Assembly: GCA_965223295.1 (NCBI GenBank)
Contig: CBDCWC010000002.1
Coordinates: 992,001 to 1,056,000 of the forward strand
Length of the DNA stretch: 64,000 nucleotides
Reading direction: 5' to 3'
Source of the DNA: Nitrospirales bacterium
GTDB taxonomy: Bacteria; Nitrospirota; Nitrospiria; Nitrospirales; UBA8639
Shown here: in pieces, positions 1 through 9,234 of the stretch
Layout: each line of letters opens with the position of its first letter
Position numbering within the stretch: position 1 is the stretch's first letter
The notes under the pieces: model-generated
What the model was told of the DNA's origin: nothing
What the model saw: the letters and a program-made list of their open reading frames with translations, nothing else
Database searches by the model: none
Made by a program: the position numbers and the translations under genes

Positions 1-144
1 ATACTGCGGGCATGACAAGAGAAAAACTCTTTAACATGTCAGAGAGCAATGAATCTGACACTGTCTGTCAACTGAAGTACAAGTTTTTACAGATGAGGAA
101 ATCCAGAAAATGCTTATCACCTTCTCTCTATATAGCTCTTTCAG

Positions 145-372
145 ATGAATCCCTCTTCCAATATCACATTGGCTGAATCTCTCCGAAGCCGCCAACGTCT
201 CGCCTTTTATGAGCGCCGTAAAGATATTGCCAAGATCATGATTATTGTGGTGTTTGTCTTGCCGCTTTTTGGAGTCTATATAAGCGGATTGCTGGGCGCA
301 GCCTTCGGCACGATGATTTCAATTGTCGCTTATTTTCTTACTCCCTACGCTATTTTCAAACTTGGGACATAA
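145..372 (+). CDS. Small hypothetical membrane protein (two hydrophobic segments)
   Basis: 75-aa ORF with two TM-like stretches (IMIIVVFVLPLFGVYI; LLGAAFGTMISIVAYFL); no recognisable family. Confidence 0.55.
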   Translation: MNPSSNITLAESLRSRQRLAFYERRKDIAKIMIIVVFVLPLFGVYISGLLGAAFGTMISIVAYFLTPYAIFKLGT

Positions 373-556
373 AAGCTTCAGACCTCATCCTTATCATCAT
401 CTTGTTTCGGCACAAACCTCGGCAAAAAATTCACTCAAAAAATATCTAAGAATTATGCTGTGAAAATTAAACTTATACATTAATTTATGCTTTATATTTC
501 AATTTAATAAATTTGTAATTCTATTATTATCATTGATCAATATGTAAGCTTCCCCG

Positions 557-1417
557 TCAAGCGGACAGGTCATAACTAGAGTGTTCTGGTGTTGGTTGAT
601 AATAGGCACAGGGCGGTGTTCCCCGTAGCGCGTCATGTGGGCGGTGTTCATTGTAGATGGTCATCCACTCGGACGTGAGTTCCCGCACTTCCTCTAAACT
701 CCGAAACAGATAGAGATTCAGCACTTCATTCCGATAGGTGCGATTGAATCGTTCAATAAATGCATTCTGTGTGGGACAACCGGGTTGAATGTGATAGATC
801 AACACGCGATTGGCTTTTCCCCAATCTTTTAGTGCCTGTGAGAGAAATTCTGGTCCGTTATCAACCCGAATCATGTGAGGTAACTCCCGCTCAGTCTTCA
901 AGCGGTCCAACACGCGGATAATCCGTTCAGCTCTTAGAGAGGTATCAATCTCAATCGCCAAGACCTCCCGATTGAAGTCATCGAGGATATTGAAGGTGCG
1001 AAACCGCGTGCCGTGATACAAGGTATCGCTCATGAAGTCGGCTGACCACACCTCATTGGGACCTTCTGGCACAAACACCGGCCAGGAAGGACGCTTGGGC
1101 AGCTGGCGTCTGGTGCGACGAGGCTGATTGTGTCCTAACTGCCGATAGACGCGGTACACCCGTTTGTGATTCCAGACATGTCCGAGGACTCGCAATCGCC
1201 GGATATATTTCCAGATGCCCCAGCGCGGGTACTGCTCCACTAACTGATTCAGGGCCTCAATAATTTCCTGATCACGGATCTGCCAATCAACGGGCGCTTG
1301 GTAATACGCCGACCGAGAAAATTTGAGAGCCACACACCCTCGTGTGATCGAGACGCCATGTGTCTCTTGTAGGGACTGAATGGCCTCCCGTTTCTCCGCC
1401 GGCGTTAGAGCTTTTTT
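557..1417 (-). CDS. IS3 transposase OrfB (DDE/rve), reached by programmed -1 frameshift
   Basis: WSADFMSD, RVDNGPEF, PTQNAFIERFNRTYRNE motifs; the frame stays open upstream of 1333 to the A7G slippery site at 1411-1418 (KKALTPAEKREAI...). Confidence 0.93.
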   Translation of the reverse strand, partial: KKALTPAEKREAIQSLQETHGVSITRGCVALKFSRSAYYQAPVDWQIRDQEIIEALNQLVEQYPRWGIWKYIRRLRVLGHVWNHKRVYRVYRQLGHNQPRRTRRQLPKRPSWPVFVPEGPNEVWSADFMSDTLYHGTRFRTFNILDDFNREVLAIEIDTSLRAERIIRVLDRLKTERELPHMIRVDNGPEFLSQALKDWGKANRVLIYHIQPGCPTQNAFIERFNRTYRNEVLNLYLFRSLEEVRELTSEWMTIYNEHRPHDALRGTPPCAYYQPTPEHSSYDLSA

Positions 1418-1671
1418 TCGATCAAATCCTTCAGCGCCCGATTCTCTAAGGCCAGATCCGCATACATCCGTTTAAGCTTCGAGAGTTCGCCTTCTGTTTC
1501 TTTGAGGCGTTTCAGATCCGAGGCTTCTAAGCCCCCGTACTTCGCTTTCCAATTGTAATAGGTCGCATCACTGATGCCATGCTCCCGGCACAAGTCTTTG
1601 ATCTTGATGCCGGCGTCACCTTGTTTCAAGATGGCGACGATTTGGGTTTCGCTGAATCGACTCGTTTTCAT
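1405..1671 (-). CDS. IS3 transposase OrfA (HTH)
   Basis: MKTSRFSETQIVAILKQ...CREHGISDATYYNWKAKYGG...LKRMYADLALEN is typical IS3 OrfA. Confidence 0.95.
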   Translation of the reverse strand: MKTSRFSETQIVAILKQGDAGIKIKDLCREHGISDATYYNWKAKYGGLEASDLKRLKETEGELSKLKRMYADLALENRALKDLIEKKL

Positions 1672-1951
1672 GAGAACCTCCTGGGATCATTCTGCCAGAA
1701 CGCTCTACTTTTGGTCTGTTCGGATTTAGGGGAAGCTTACAAATAATTGTTTTAAGTCTAGCAATGATAACGTATCTAAAGCGGCCATGCCACTCGAAAA
1801 ATCTTAATTATTTACATTAATTTCATGCTTAAAAAAACTTCTACTCTCGACATTAGTTACCTGTTGGTCAACCAGCTTCTAATACAATCTACCCTTACTT
1901 ATCTATTACAATTTTAATTTCCGCAATCGGTTACGAAATACTTTCTTCAAA

Positions 1952-2614
1952 ATGAATGCACTCTACTACCCCTTTCATCTTTGCCATGAACGAACTCTCA
2001 TGCGGCTGCTAGAAGAATACGAAAGTATTCATTTTCGTGATTTCATGGCTCTCCAATTGACACCCATGATGGGCACAACAGCCTTTCCCGATCGCATGGG
2101 GGACTATTATCCTGCCTTCAAAGAGACTGGCCGAATCATCCAAGGACATAATCTAAGTGGTGCGATAGGATCGACTACCATGCTCGCGATCAATCGAGAT
2201 TTGGCTGATGCGACTTGGCGGAAGCTTTTTCAGAATTTTCTTCAGACTGATCCTCGTTTCCAACGAGGCTTGTTTCCCAAACCCAAAGAGACAACATCCT
2301 CTCAAAAAGGAGCTGCTGCAACACCTCAATGGCTGCAATTTGGTGGGAAACAGTGGGCAACAACTTCAGTCGACGTGGAGACAATACAACAATTGAGCAT
2401 GCAACACCTCCAAAAAAAAGATGCTGCTTACTTTGACTACGGGTGGGCAATGATTAAAACTGCCGCATCATTGATCTATACCATTCAGCTCTGCCACACA
2501 CTCAATTTGGTGGCAGTCACAGATTCCATGTCACACTACACCTTACTTGAACAGACTTATCACCGAGAACAGATGAAGCTCAAGAATGCCTTGGTAAAGC
2601 CAGAAAGATATTGA
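1952..2614 (+). CDS. Hypothetical protein
   Basis: 220-aa ORF, natural composition (MNALYYPFHLCHERTL...); family not identified. Confidence 0.75.
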   Translation: MNALYYPFHLCHERTLMRLLEEYESIHFRDFMALQLTPMMGTTAFPDRMGDYYPAFKETGRIIQGHNLSGAIGSTTMLAINRDLADATWRKLFQNFLQTDPRFQRGLFPKPKETTSSQKGAAATPQWLQFGGKQWATTSVDVETIQQLSMQHLQKKDAAYFDYGWAMIKTAASLIYTIQLCHTLNLVAVTDSMSHYTLLEQTYHREQMKLKNALVKPERY

Positions 2615-2630
2615 TGCAAAACCAACCTGG

Positions 2631-3815
2631 TTACTGTGGAGAAGATTGTTCATCCGAAGCCACATGGCCGCGCATAGATTTTTCAATGATCTGATGCTCG
2701 ATTTCCAATGCAATGACTTGCGCTAATTGCTCAGTCGAAAGGGCACCCATGGGCGAACCATTGGTAAGGGAATAATATGGATCCTCTGGAGCCGCCTTCC
2801 GATGAAGATTAATTAAGATTTTAGCTGGCTGAATGACTCGAAGTTTTTTCCCAGCCTTTACCGCCTTATCTCGTGGTAGCACTCGTGTTCGTGTGGCCCA
2901 ATCACGTGATTCAATATTCACAAACGCCACATTCCAAATTTTCCCATTTAACAAACTTCGAACGGCTTTAGGTGTCTGTTTTTGAAAATGCGATTCACGC
3001 ACAATTCGCTGGAGAGCTTCTCGTACGCGAATATCATAGAACTTTGTCGTGGAATCTTTTTGAGTTGGGTTAACCGGAACAATCGCTCCCACGTCATAAT
3101 ATGGCTGATTCTTTAAGCTGTCATATTCATCAACCGTCGTCAGATACTGCTCGAAGAGCGCATGCAATGCTTTCTCACGTTCCAGTCCGGACATATGATT
3201 GATGTTCTTATTCGTCTGAATAGGGGCATGAGTGAGCTCTCTTCGCACAGCTAACGCTTTTCTTTTTTTTGTGGTATCGGCCTTGCTCAAGACCCATTGG
3301 AACTCTCGAGCAAGAACAGGAATCAACTTTGCTGGATCTTTGACATACCCTCGTTCTTGAAGGTGAGTGACATTTATGAGTAACGTGACCTTGCCCTTCT
3401 GTTTCGTCCGGGCCACAAGAAACAAAAATTCTTTTCCATCACGATTAAATACTCGCGGTTCAAGGGTGACCTTTTTCAAGACTCTCTTTGTAAGGGCCTC
3501 GTCGAAGCGTGGATAGCGAGCTCGATCTGCGACCATCTCACGAAACGCTTTAACTACCGCTTGGATAGCGTCCTGAACCTGTGAGGAAGTTAGTATCTCC
3601 CCCTCATTCGCCGTGCCCTTTGCCCAATACACTTGAAACGGAGCGCCAGGAATAGAATGCCCATCAGATTCTTGAGAGTGCCTTTCTTCAACATGAGCAT
3701 GACCTTCTGACCCTCGGTGGTTGGCCATCAGCAAGCCACTTCCCACCAGCAGCAAGCAAATCACCCCTAAAAGAAGCCCAAGTAACTTACCTCGATATAG
3801 AAAACGTCCATTCAT
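2631..3815 (-). CDS. Hypothetical exported/membrane-anchored protein with two weakly similar halves
   Basis: Long ORF; start moved to MNGRFLY (3815) because it precedes a hydrophobic signal segment and avoids overlap with the SemiSWEET gene. Confidence 0.7.
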   Translation of the reverse strand: MNGRFLYRGKLLGLLLGVICLLLVGSGLLMANHRGSEGHAHVEERHSQESDGHSIPGAPFQVYWAKGTANEGEILTSSQVQDAIQAVVKAFREMVADRARYPRFDEALTKRVLKKVTLEPRVFNRDGKEFLFLVARTKQKGKVTLLINVTHLQERGYVKDPAKLIPVLAREFQWVLSKADTTKKRKALAVRRELTHAPIQTNKNINHMSGLEREKALHALFEQYLTTVDEYDSLKNQPYYDVGAIVPVNPTQKDSTTKFYDIRVREALQRIVRESHFQKQTPKAVRSLLNGKIWNVAFVNIESRDWATRTRVLPRDKAVKAGKKLRVIQPAKILINLHRKAAPEDPYYSLTNGSPMGALSTEQLAQVIALEIEHQIIEKSMRGHVASDEQSSPQ

Positions 3816-3895
3816 TTTAATCACATTTATCCGGTCTTGGTTCTCTGATTTCTCTCGCAACGAAAACATGTGCATTCTCTGTGCTAAGGGCAATT

Positions 3896-4150
3896 TCATC
3901 CATACCGTATTTTTAATATAAGAATCCATCCGGCCAAAATGAGTGTGACACCATTGGCAAGAGCTAAAGGCCAATCATGATTCATAAAGGCATATACACA
4001 CCATAGCACAATGCCTATGGTTAAGATTGAATACATGATCAGAGAGATGTCCTGAGTCTGTTTGGTTTTCACAATTTTAATCGCCTGAGGGAGAAAAGCT
4101 GAAGTCGTACAAATTCCGGCCACGTACCCCATCATCGTCAAAAAATCCAT
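3896..4150 (-). CDS. SemiSWEET / PQ-loop (MtN3-like) transporter
   Basis: 84 aa, three TM helices, AGICTTSAFLPQAIK...T.DIS...LAN motifs. Confidence 0.9.
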   Translation of the reverse strand: MDFLTMMGYVAGICTTSAFLPQAIKIVKTKQTQDISLIMYSILTIGIVLWCVYAFMNHDWPLALANGVTLILAGWILILKIRYG

Positions 4151-4356
4151 TCCATCATCCTCTCGTCATAAAGAATACTCAATCGCCCCTTGAAACTGTT
4201 GCATACATTAGTAGGAATGAGCATCCATCTGTAGATAACGACTATCGATTACCTTATCGTTCGTTTCTAGAAATATCATATTCAAGTTCAGCAAGTGATG
4301 GCGGAGTTCTAACCGTTCTCGTTTATTTTTTTATTTTCAATTTCTAGGAGAGCACC

Positions 4357-5025
4357 ATGTACCAGACAGTGAATCAAGTGACGCGAAAAACTATCTCAAC
4401 AGTTGCATTCACCGGAATACTTTTCAGTGGATTCTGGACCGCCTCAGTACTCGCGCATACCATTACATTTGAAACTGATTTTGAAAATCCAGATGCTGGG
4501 CCAGGAATAATCTTAGACCAAAGTATTGAGAGTCCAGCTCGTATATTTAGTTATGTCGAAGATGATCTTTATGCCACGGCCATTCGTGACCTCGATTCGG
4601 AGAGCCACTACCATCTATTCGGCGACGGCATGGTGATTGGAGGAGACTCTGAAGGCGTTCAATTTACCTTTGGAGGAGTAGAACCTACCACACCCTTCAA
4701 TGTCGAAAGCGTTGAAATTCTAGAGTTTGGGGAAGTTCCTGCCTCGTTTACTCCGTTCTCTGGTGGAGTTGCCGGCCCATCAACCGAAGTGACCACAACA
4801 GGAACGTTAAACTTTGATCCCACTGCCTGGAGTGGAATTTCACATTTTGTTGCCGCCTATGAGACACCGTTACCGGGAGCAGGTGCACGACTCGTCTTGA
4901 CGGATCTCCACCTTCACCCCAGCGACGTACAACCATCTACGGTACCTGAGCCTTCGACTATGATCTTATTAGGCACTGGTTTAGCCGGACTTGCAGCCTT
5001 TCGATACCGTAAACATCGTTCTTAA
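4357..5025 (+). CDS. PEP-CTERM sorting-domain exported protein
   Basis: N-terminal signal peptide; C-terminal VPEPSTMILLGTGLAGLAAFRYRK; AGGAG RBS upstream. Confidence 0.92.
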   Translation: MYQTVNQVTRKTISTVAFTGILFSGFWTASVLAHTITFETDFENPDAGPGIILDQSIESPARIFSYVEDDLYATAIRDLDSESHYHLFGDGMVIGGDSEGVQFTFGGVEPTTPFNVESVEILEFGEVPASFTPFSGGVAGPSTEVTTTGTLNFDPTAWSGISHFVAAYETPLPGAGARLVLTDLHLHPSDVQPSTVPEPSTMILLGTGLAGLAAFRYRKHRS

Positions 5026-5063
5026 GAGCAACAATAAGAAATATTTTTCTACTTTAATACAAA

Positions 5064-5105
5064 GAGGCGGCTTGCAGACAACTAGCAAGTCGCCTCCGTT
5101 TCTTT
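5064..5105 (+). terminator. Rho-independent terminator-like hairpin
   Basis: GAGGCGGCTTGC-9 nt-GCAAGTCGCCTC followed by CGTTTCTTT, between convergent genes. Confidence 0.7.
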
Positions 5106-5202
5106 AAAATCCTCTCCTCCTCTGAACAACTCTTCTTTCTCGGCATTATCCCAGATGGCGGTTAGGTTAACCGCTCGGTTCCCACAAACACACTACTGCT
5201 CC

Positions 5203-6870
5203 TCACACGTCTTCAGTTGTAGGAAGATCATCTGGGTGCGTAGAGCCTGCAGCTTTTGCCGCATGTTGCAACGCTTCTAAACGAGTCCCAAATCGATGCC
5301 GGGGCCGAATATGCGAGAGTACATTCAACCCTTCTAACGTCTTGATCACATTTGGTTGCATGCCCACAAAAAACAAGTGCTGTTCATGGGCTCGTATAAT
5401 CCGCAACATATCATCAATCGCAAGGGCGGCTGTACCATCAATAACCGGCACATCAGAGAGATCCAAGACGCAGCTCATGAACGTGCCCAACCCCGGGACT
5501 GTCTCTAAGCGCTTGACCATATTTTTTGCTGAGCCAAAACTCATAGGACCATCAACATGAATGAGTACAATTTTTCCAGCATTTCGCTCCATGATAGCCG
5601 CCTCTTGAGGCGACAACGGGGTTTCTTCATGAACTTCCGTAATGACGTTCATATTGGCCAACTGTAAATCAGCCATTTCTTTCACAAACAGCAGGCTTGC
5701 CAAGACAACACCTGCCCCCACCGCCGTAATCAGATCGACCGCCACCGTAATGAGAAAAACCACGACCATGATCCCCACATCGGCTCTTGGAGCCTCCATG
5801 ACGTGCCGCAAGAACCGCCAATCAATAATATCCACGCCAACTTTCAACAATATTCCAGCCAGGACCGCAAGCGGAATTTGTTCGGCTAAGGGCCCCAGCC
5901 ACAGTAATGTGGCGAGTAATACCAACCCCATCAATGCACCGGAAATCGGCGTGCGCCCACCTGAACGAATATTGGCCACCGAACGCATCGTGGCACCTGC
6001 ACCAGGTAGCCCGCCGAAAAATCCAGCCACCGTATTGCCAATGCCCTGCCCAATTAGTTCTCGATTTGAATTGTGTTGAGTGCGCGTCATGTTGTCACAC
6101 ACCAAAGAAGTCAATAAACTGTCGATGGCCCCTAGTAATGCCAAAACGCAGGCCCCTTTTACAATTAACGGCAAAAATTCTACCTCAACTGAAGGAAACT
6201 GAAATGGAGGAAATCCCGAGGGAATCGAACCAATCACGGGAGCCTCAGAAAAGAACCAGATGGCTGCTGGCGTGCACACAAACAACGCCAGTAATGGCGG
6301 TGGAATAATTCGCCCAATCACTTTTGGCGTAAAATATACGATGGATAAGGCTATCGCCGCCAAAATTACCGCATCGATAAGAGGTTGTGAAAGAAACTCT
6401 GGCATTCCCAAAATATTAGGAATGACACCACCCGGTTTCGCAGCATGACCCAGGAGCGGCCCTATTTGTAAAATAATAATGATGCCGCCAATACCACTCA
6501 TGAATCCAGAAATCACTGGATAGGGCATAAGACTGATATACCGGCCAACCCCAAGAACCCCTAAGAGAATGAGGCCTATTCCGCCTAAAACCACTGAGGA
6601 AAAAACCAACGATGGATTACTTCCCATTTCTACAAAGAGCCCTGCAAAGACCACGGTCATGGGACCCGTCGGTCCCGACGCCTGCGCGGGAGTCCCTCCA
6701 AATAAGGCCGCGAAAAACCCCACAAGAATTGCGCCGTACAAACCTGCTTCCGCGCCCGCGCCCGAAGCCACACCAAACGCCAAAGCCAATGGCACCGCGA
6801 TAACCGCCGCCACCACACCACCAAAAATATCACCTTTAATATTGTTAAAATGCAGCCCGTGAATCAGCAT
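5203..6870 (-). CDS. SulP/SLC26 anion transporter with STAS domain, BicA-like (probable bicarbonate uptake)
   Basis: GDIFGGVVAAVIAVPLALAFG, GPTGPMTVV, NSNRELIGQGIGN, GATMRSVAN motifs; STAS (GPMSFG, LDLSDVPVID). Confidence 0.9.
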   Translation of the reverse strand: MLIHGLHFNNIKGDIFGGVVAAVIAVPLALAFGVASGAGAEAGLYGAILVGFFAALFGGTPAQASGPTGPMTVVFAGLFVEMGSNPSLVFSSVVLGGIGLILLGVLGVGRYISLMPYPVISGFMSGIGGIIIILQIGPLLGHAAKPGGVIPNILGMPEFLSQPLIDAVILAAIALSIVYFTPKVIGRIIPPPLLALFVCTPAAIWFFSEAPVIGSIPSGFPPFQFPSVEVEFLPLIVKGACVLALLGAIDSLLTSLVCDNMTRTQHNSNRELIGQGIGNTVAGFFGGLPGAGATMRSVANIRSGGRTPISGALMGLVLLATLLWLGPLAEQIPLAVLAGILLKVGVDIIDWRFLRHVMEAPRADVGIMVVVFLITVAVDLITAVGAGVVLASLLFVKEMADLQLANMNVITEVHEETPLSPQEAAIMERNAGKIVLIHVDGPMSFGSAKNMVKRLETVPGLGTFMSCVLDLSDVPVIDGTAALAIDDMLRIIRAHEQHLFFVGMQPNVIKTLEGLNVLSHIRPRHRFGTRLEALQHAAKAAGSTHPDDLPTTEDV

Positions 6871-7066
6871 AGGATGAATTCTCCGCAATCAAATCAGTTG
6901 CCATTGATAATTGTGTATGTGGGTAGGAGAAAGAACAGGAGTCATTCACAGTCTATATAAGGTCGAATAAGGAATACATCAGGTTTCATGGGATTGGAGG
7001 ATCGCTGATTCCGGCAATTAAGAGTCTAAATAATTAACGGCACCCTTCCAGAAAGGAAATTGTACG

Positions 7067-7429
7067 ATGCCTACTTTCATCACACAACCCAGCATCATTC
7101 CTCCTGTCGGCACTAAACCAAAGTTAATTGAGGAATATACAGGCCGTGTCGCCACTCAAAACGAAAACGTGAGTATCGCAAGAATTATTTGCCCTAAGGG
7201 CTGGAGCGAGAATGGACAACAGCCTGAGTTTGCAGAGACCAAAGTGGTCATCAAGGGCAGCATTCAAGTTGAACACCAGGAAGGCACATTGGAAGTTCAA
7301 ACTGGACAGGCCGTGACGAGCCACCCAGGGGAATGGGTACGCTATAGTACACCGGAAGGAGCAGAATATTTTGCGATTTGCATTCCGGCATTTTCACCAG
7401 ATACCGTTCATCGTGACCCAGATGCTTGA
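7067..7429 (+). CDS. Cupin-domain protein
   Basis: KPKLIEEYTGRV, GWSE.GQ.PEF.E, GEWVRYSTPEGAEY.A.C.PAFSP. Confidence 0.85.
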   Translation: MPTFITQPSIIPPVGTKPKLIEEYTGRVATQNENVSIARIICPKGWSENGQQPEFAETKVVIKGSIQVEHQEGTLEVQTGQAVTSHPGEWVRYSTPEGAEYFAICIPAFSPDTVHRDPDA

Positions 7430-7483
7430 AGACTCCAAGGAAAGATCAAAACGTCACAATACTTTCATATAAAAGGACCAGAC

Positions 7484-7798
7484 ATGACCTTACGTGCTCA
7501 CGTTGAAGCTATCTATGAGAGCCTACTTCCTTATCTTGAAGAACATAATGCTGAGGAAGTACAAGCACGGTTAGCGCGAGATTTGCGCCACCTTTCACCT
7601 CAATGGAGTGACGATTTCCCAGACTGTCCTGGGTGGTATTGGCATAAACCACCAGGAATTGGAGAACCGCAATTATTGCTGGTCAATCATGGCCGAATCG
7701 ACACCAAACTCATGGCTGATCTGGGACCACCCAACAATTATGTGGATGTTCAACGAATCAAAGGCCGATGGGCTGGACCACTGCTTCCACCGGGCTAA
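7484..7798 (+). CDS. Hypothetical protein
   Basis: 104-aa ORF with AAGGA RBS; PGWYW and WAGPLLPP motifs. Confidence 0.6.
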   Translation: MTLRAHVEAIYESLLPYLEEHNAEEVQARLARDLRHLSPQWSDDFPDCPGWYWHKPPGIGEPQLLLVNHGRIDTKLMADLGPPNNYVDVQRIKGRWAGPLLPPG

Positions 7799-7809
7799 GG
7801 CCAGCAACC

Positions 7810-8856
7810 TTAATTTCTCAATGAAGCGATATCTATCACAAACCGAAACTTCACAGTTCCTTGAATCACTCGTTCATACGCCTCATTGATTTGAGAAATA
7901 GGAATCACCTCCACGTCTGAAGTCAAACCATGTTCACCACAGAAATCCAACATTTCTTGCGTTTCACGAATCCCGCCAATTAATGACCCAACTAATCGCC
8001 GCCGCCGAAGAATCAGGGAAAACCCACTCACCGACAGCGCATCAGGCGAAGCCCCGACTAAAATATAGGTTCCATCAGTTTTCAACAGTTCAAGATGCGT
8101 GTCTAAATCATGAGGAGCCGATACCGTATCAATCACAAAATCAAATGTTCGAGCCAATCGATTCAATGCTCCCTCTTGCGAGGTCGCGACATAGTCATGC
8201 GCGCCCAGACGTTTCGCATCATCTTGTTTCGCATCAGACCGACTCAAAACGGTCACATCGACACCTAACGCTCGTCCAAGTTTCACGGCCATATGCCCCA
8301 ATCCGCCAAGACCCACAACAGCTAACTTATGGCCTTTGCCAACACCCCATTGGCGCAATGGAGAATAGGTAGTAATCCCGGCACACAACAGCGGCGCGAC
8401 ACCTTCCAATGGAAGCCCACCTGGAACCTTCAAAGCATACCGTTCATCAATAACAATTTGGGTTGAATACCCGCCGTAGGTCGGCTTTCCCTCTTTATCC
8501 ATCCCATTGTAGGTAAAAATCATGCCAGCCTCACAATATTGTTCCTGCCCTTTCGTGCAAGACGGACAAGTTCGACACGAATCCACAAAACAGCCGACGC
8601 CAACGGAATCGCCCACTTGAAATCTCTTAACCTCTGTACCTACCTGCTCGACAGTCCCCACAATCTCATGGCCTGGCACCATCGGAAAGATAGATCCTCC
8701 CCATTCATCTCGTGCCTGGTGAATATCCGAATGACAGACACCGCAATATCGAATCTGGACAAGGATATCGTTGAGTCCCACCTCTCGGCGTTCAAAGGTG
8801 AAGGGTTCAAGCGCAAATCCGGCATGTTGAGCCGCATAACCTTTGGTCGATAACAT
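7810..8856 (-). CDS. Zn-dependent NAD(P)H alcohol dehydrogenase (CAD/YahK-like)
   Basis: CGVCHSDIH, PGHEIVG, CxxCxxC..C structural Zn, GLGGLGHMAVK. Confidence 0.95.
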   Translation of the reverse strand: MLSTKGYAAQHAGFALEPFTFERREVGLNDILVQIRYCGVCHSDIHQARDEWGGSIFPMVPGHEIVGTVEQVGTEVKRFQVGDSVGVGCFVDSCRTCPSCTKGQEQYCEAGMIFTYNGMDKEGKPTYGGYSTQIVIDERYALKVPGGLPLEGVAPLLCAGITTYSPLRQWGVGKGHKLAVVGLGGLGHMAVKLGRALGVDVTVLSRSDAKQDDAKRLGAHDYVATSQEGALNRLARTFDFVIDTVSAPHDLDTHLELLKTDGTYILVGASPDALSVSGFSLILRRRRLVGSLIGGIRETQEMLDFCGEHGLTSDVEVIPISQINEAYERVIQGTVKFRFVIDIASLRN

Positions 8857-9129
8857 GTTCTCCTCCTCCCATACTCATAGCAATCAAAAAGCATCCGACT
8901 TAAGAGGCTCATCATGCCACAAAATAACCTGTCGAGCTATCACCACATTTAGCCTATTACAGTCCCATAGCAGCTTCATTCATGGGCAAAACTTTTCATC
9001 TAAAAAACCGTCTATTGCTCTAACACCAATTTCTCGAAGAAAGCCGTAATTCATTTGGCCTCACAAAATTACGAAAAAACAACAAATAATAGAGATATTC
9101 TTTGGCATTTCAAGTGGCAGTCTTATAAC

Positions 9130-9151
9130 AATAGTGATCTAGATCATTGTT
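9130..9151 (+). promoter_or_regulatory. CRP/FNR-family binding site upstream of nirK
   Basis: AATAGTGATCTAGATCATTGTT with a perfect TGATCTAGATCA core; -10-like TACTCT at 9169-9174 gives class II spacing. Confidence 0.7.
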
Positions 9152-9234
9152 TTTGGGGGATTTTCCTTTACTCTAAACTGAAATAATAAAACCATATTTT
9201 ATTTTCTATAGACTTGCAAAGGAGACCTCCAGTT

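Larger units (their letters stand above)
543..1741 (-). mobile_element. IS3-family insertion sequence (IS407-group-like), 1199 bp, apparently intact
   Basis: Ends TGTAAGCTTCCCC (543) and GGGGAAGCTTACA (1741); imperfect IRs extend about 47 bp; AATA duplicated at 539-542 and 1742-1745; orfA and orfB inside. Confidence 0.95.

Noticed and set aside
5342-6862. Long antisense ORFs over the SulP gene (and similar ones over other large genes)
   Set aside because: Shadow ORFs of well-supported genes on the opposite strand; no RBS or motifs
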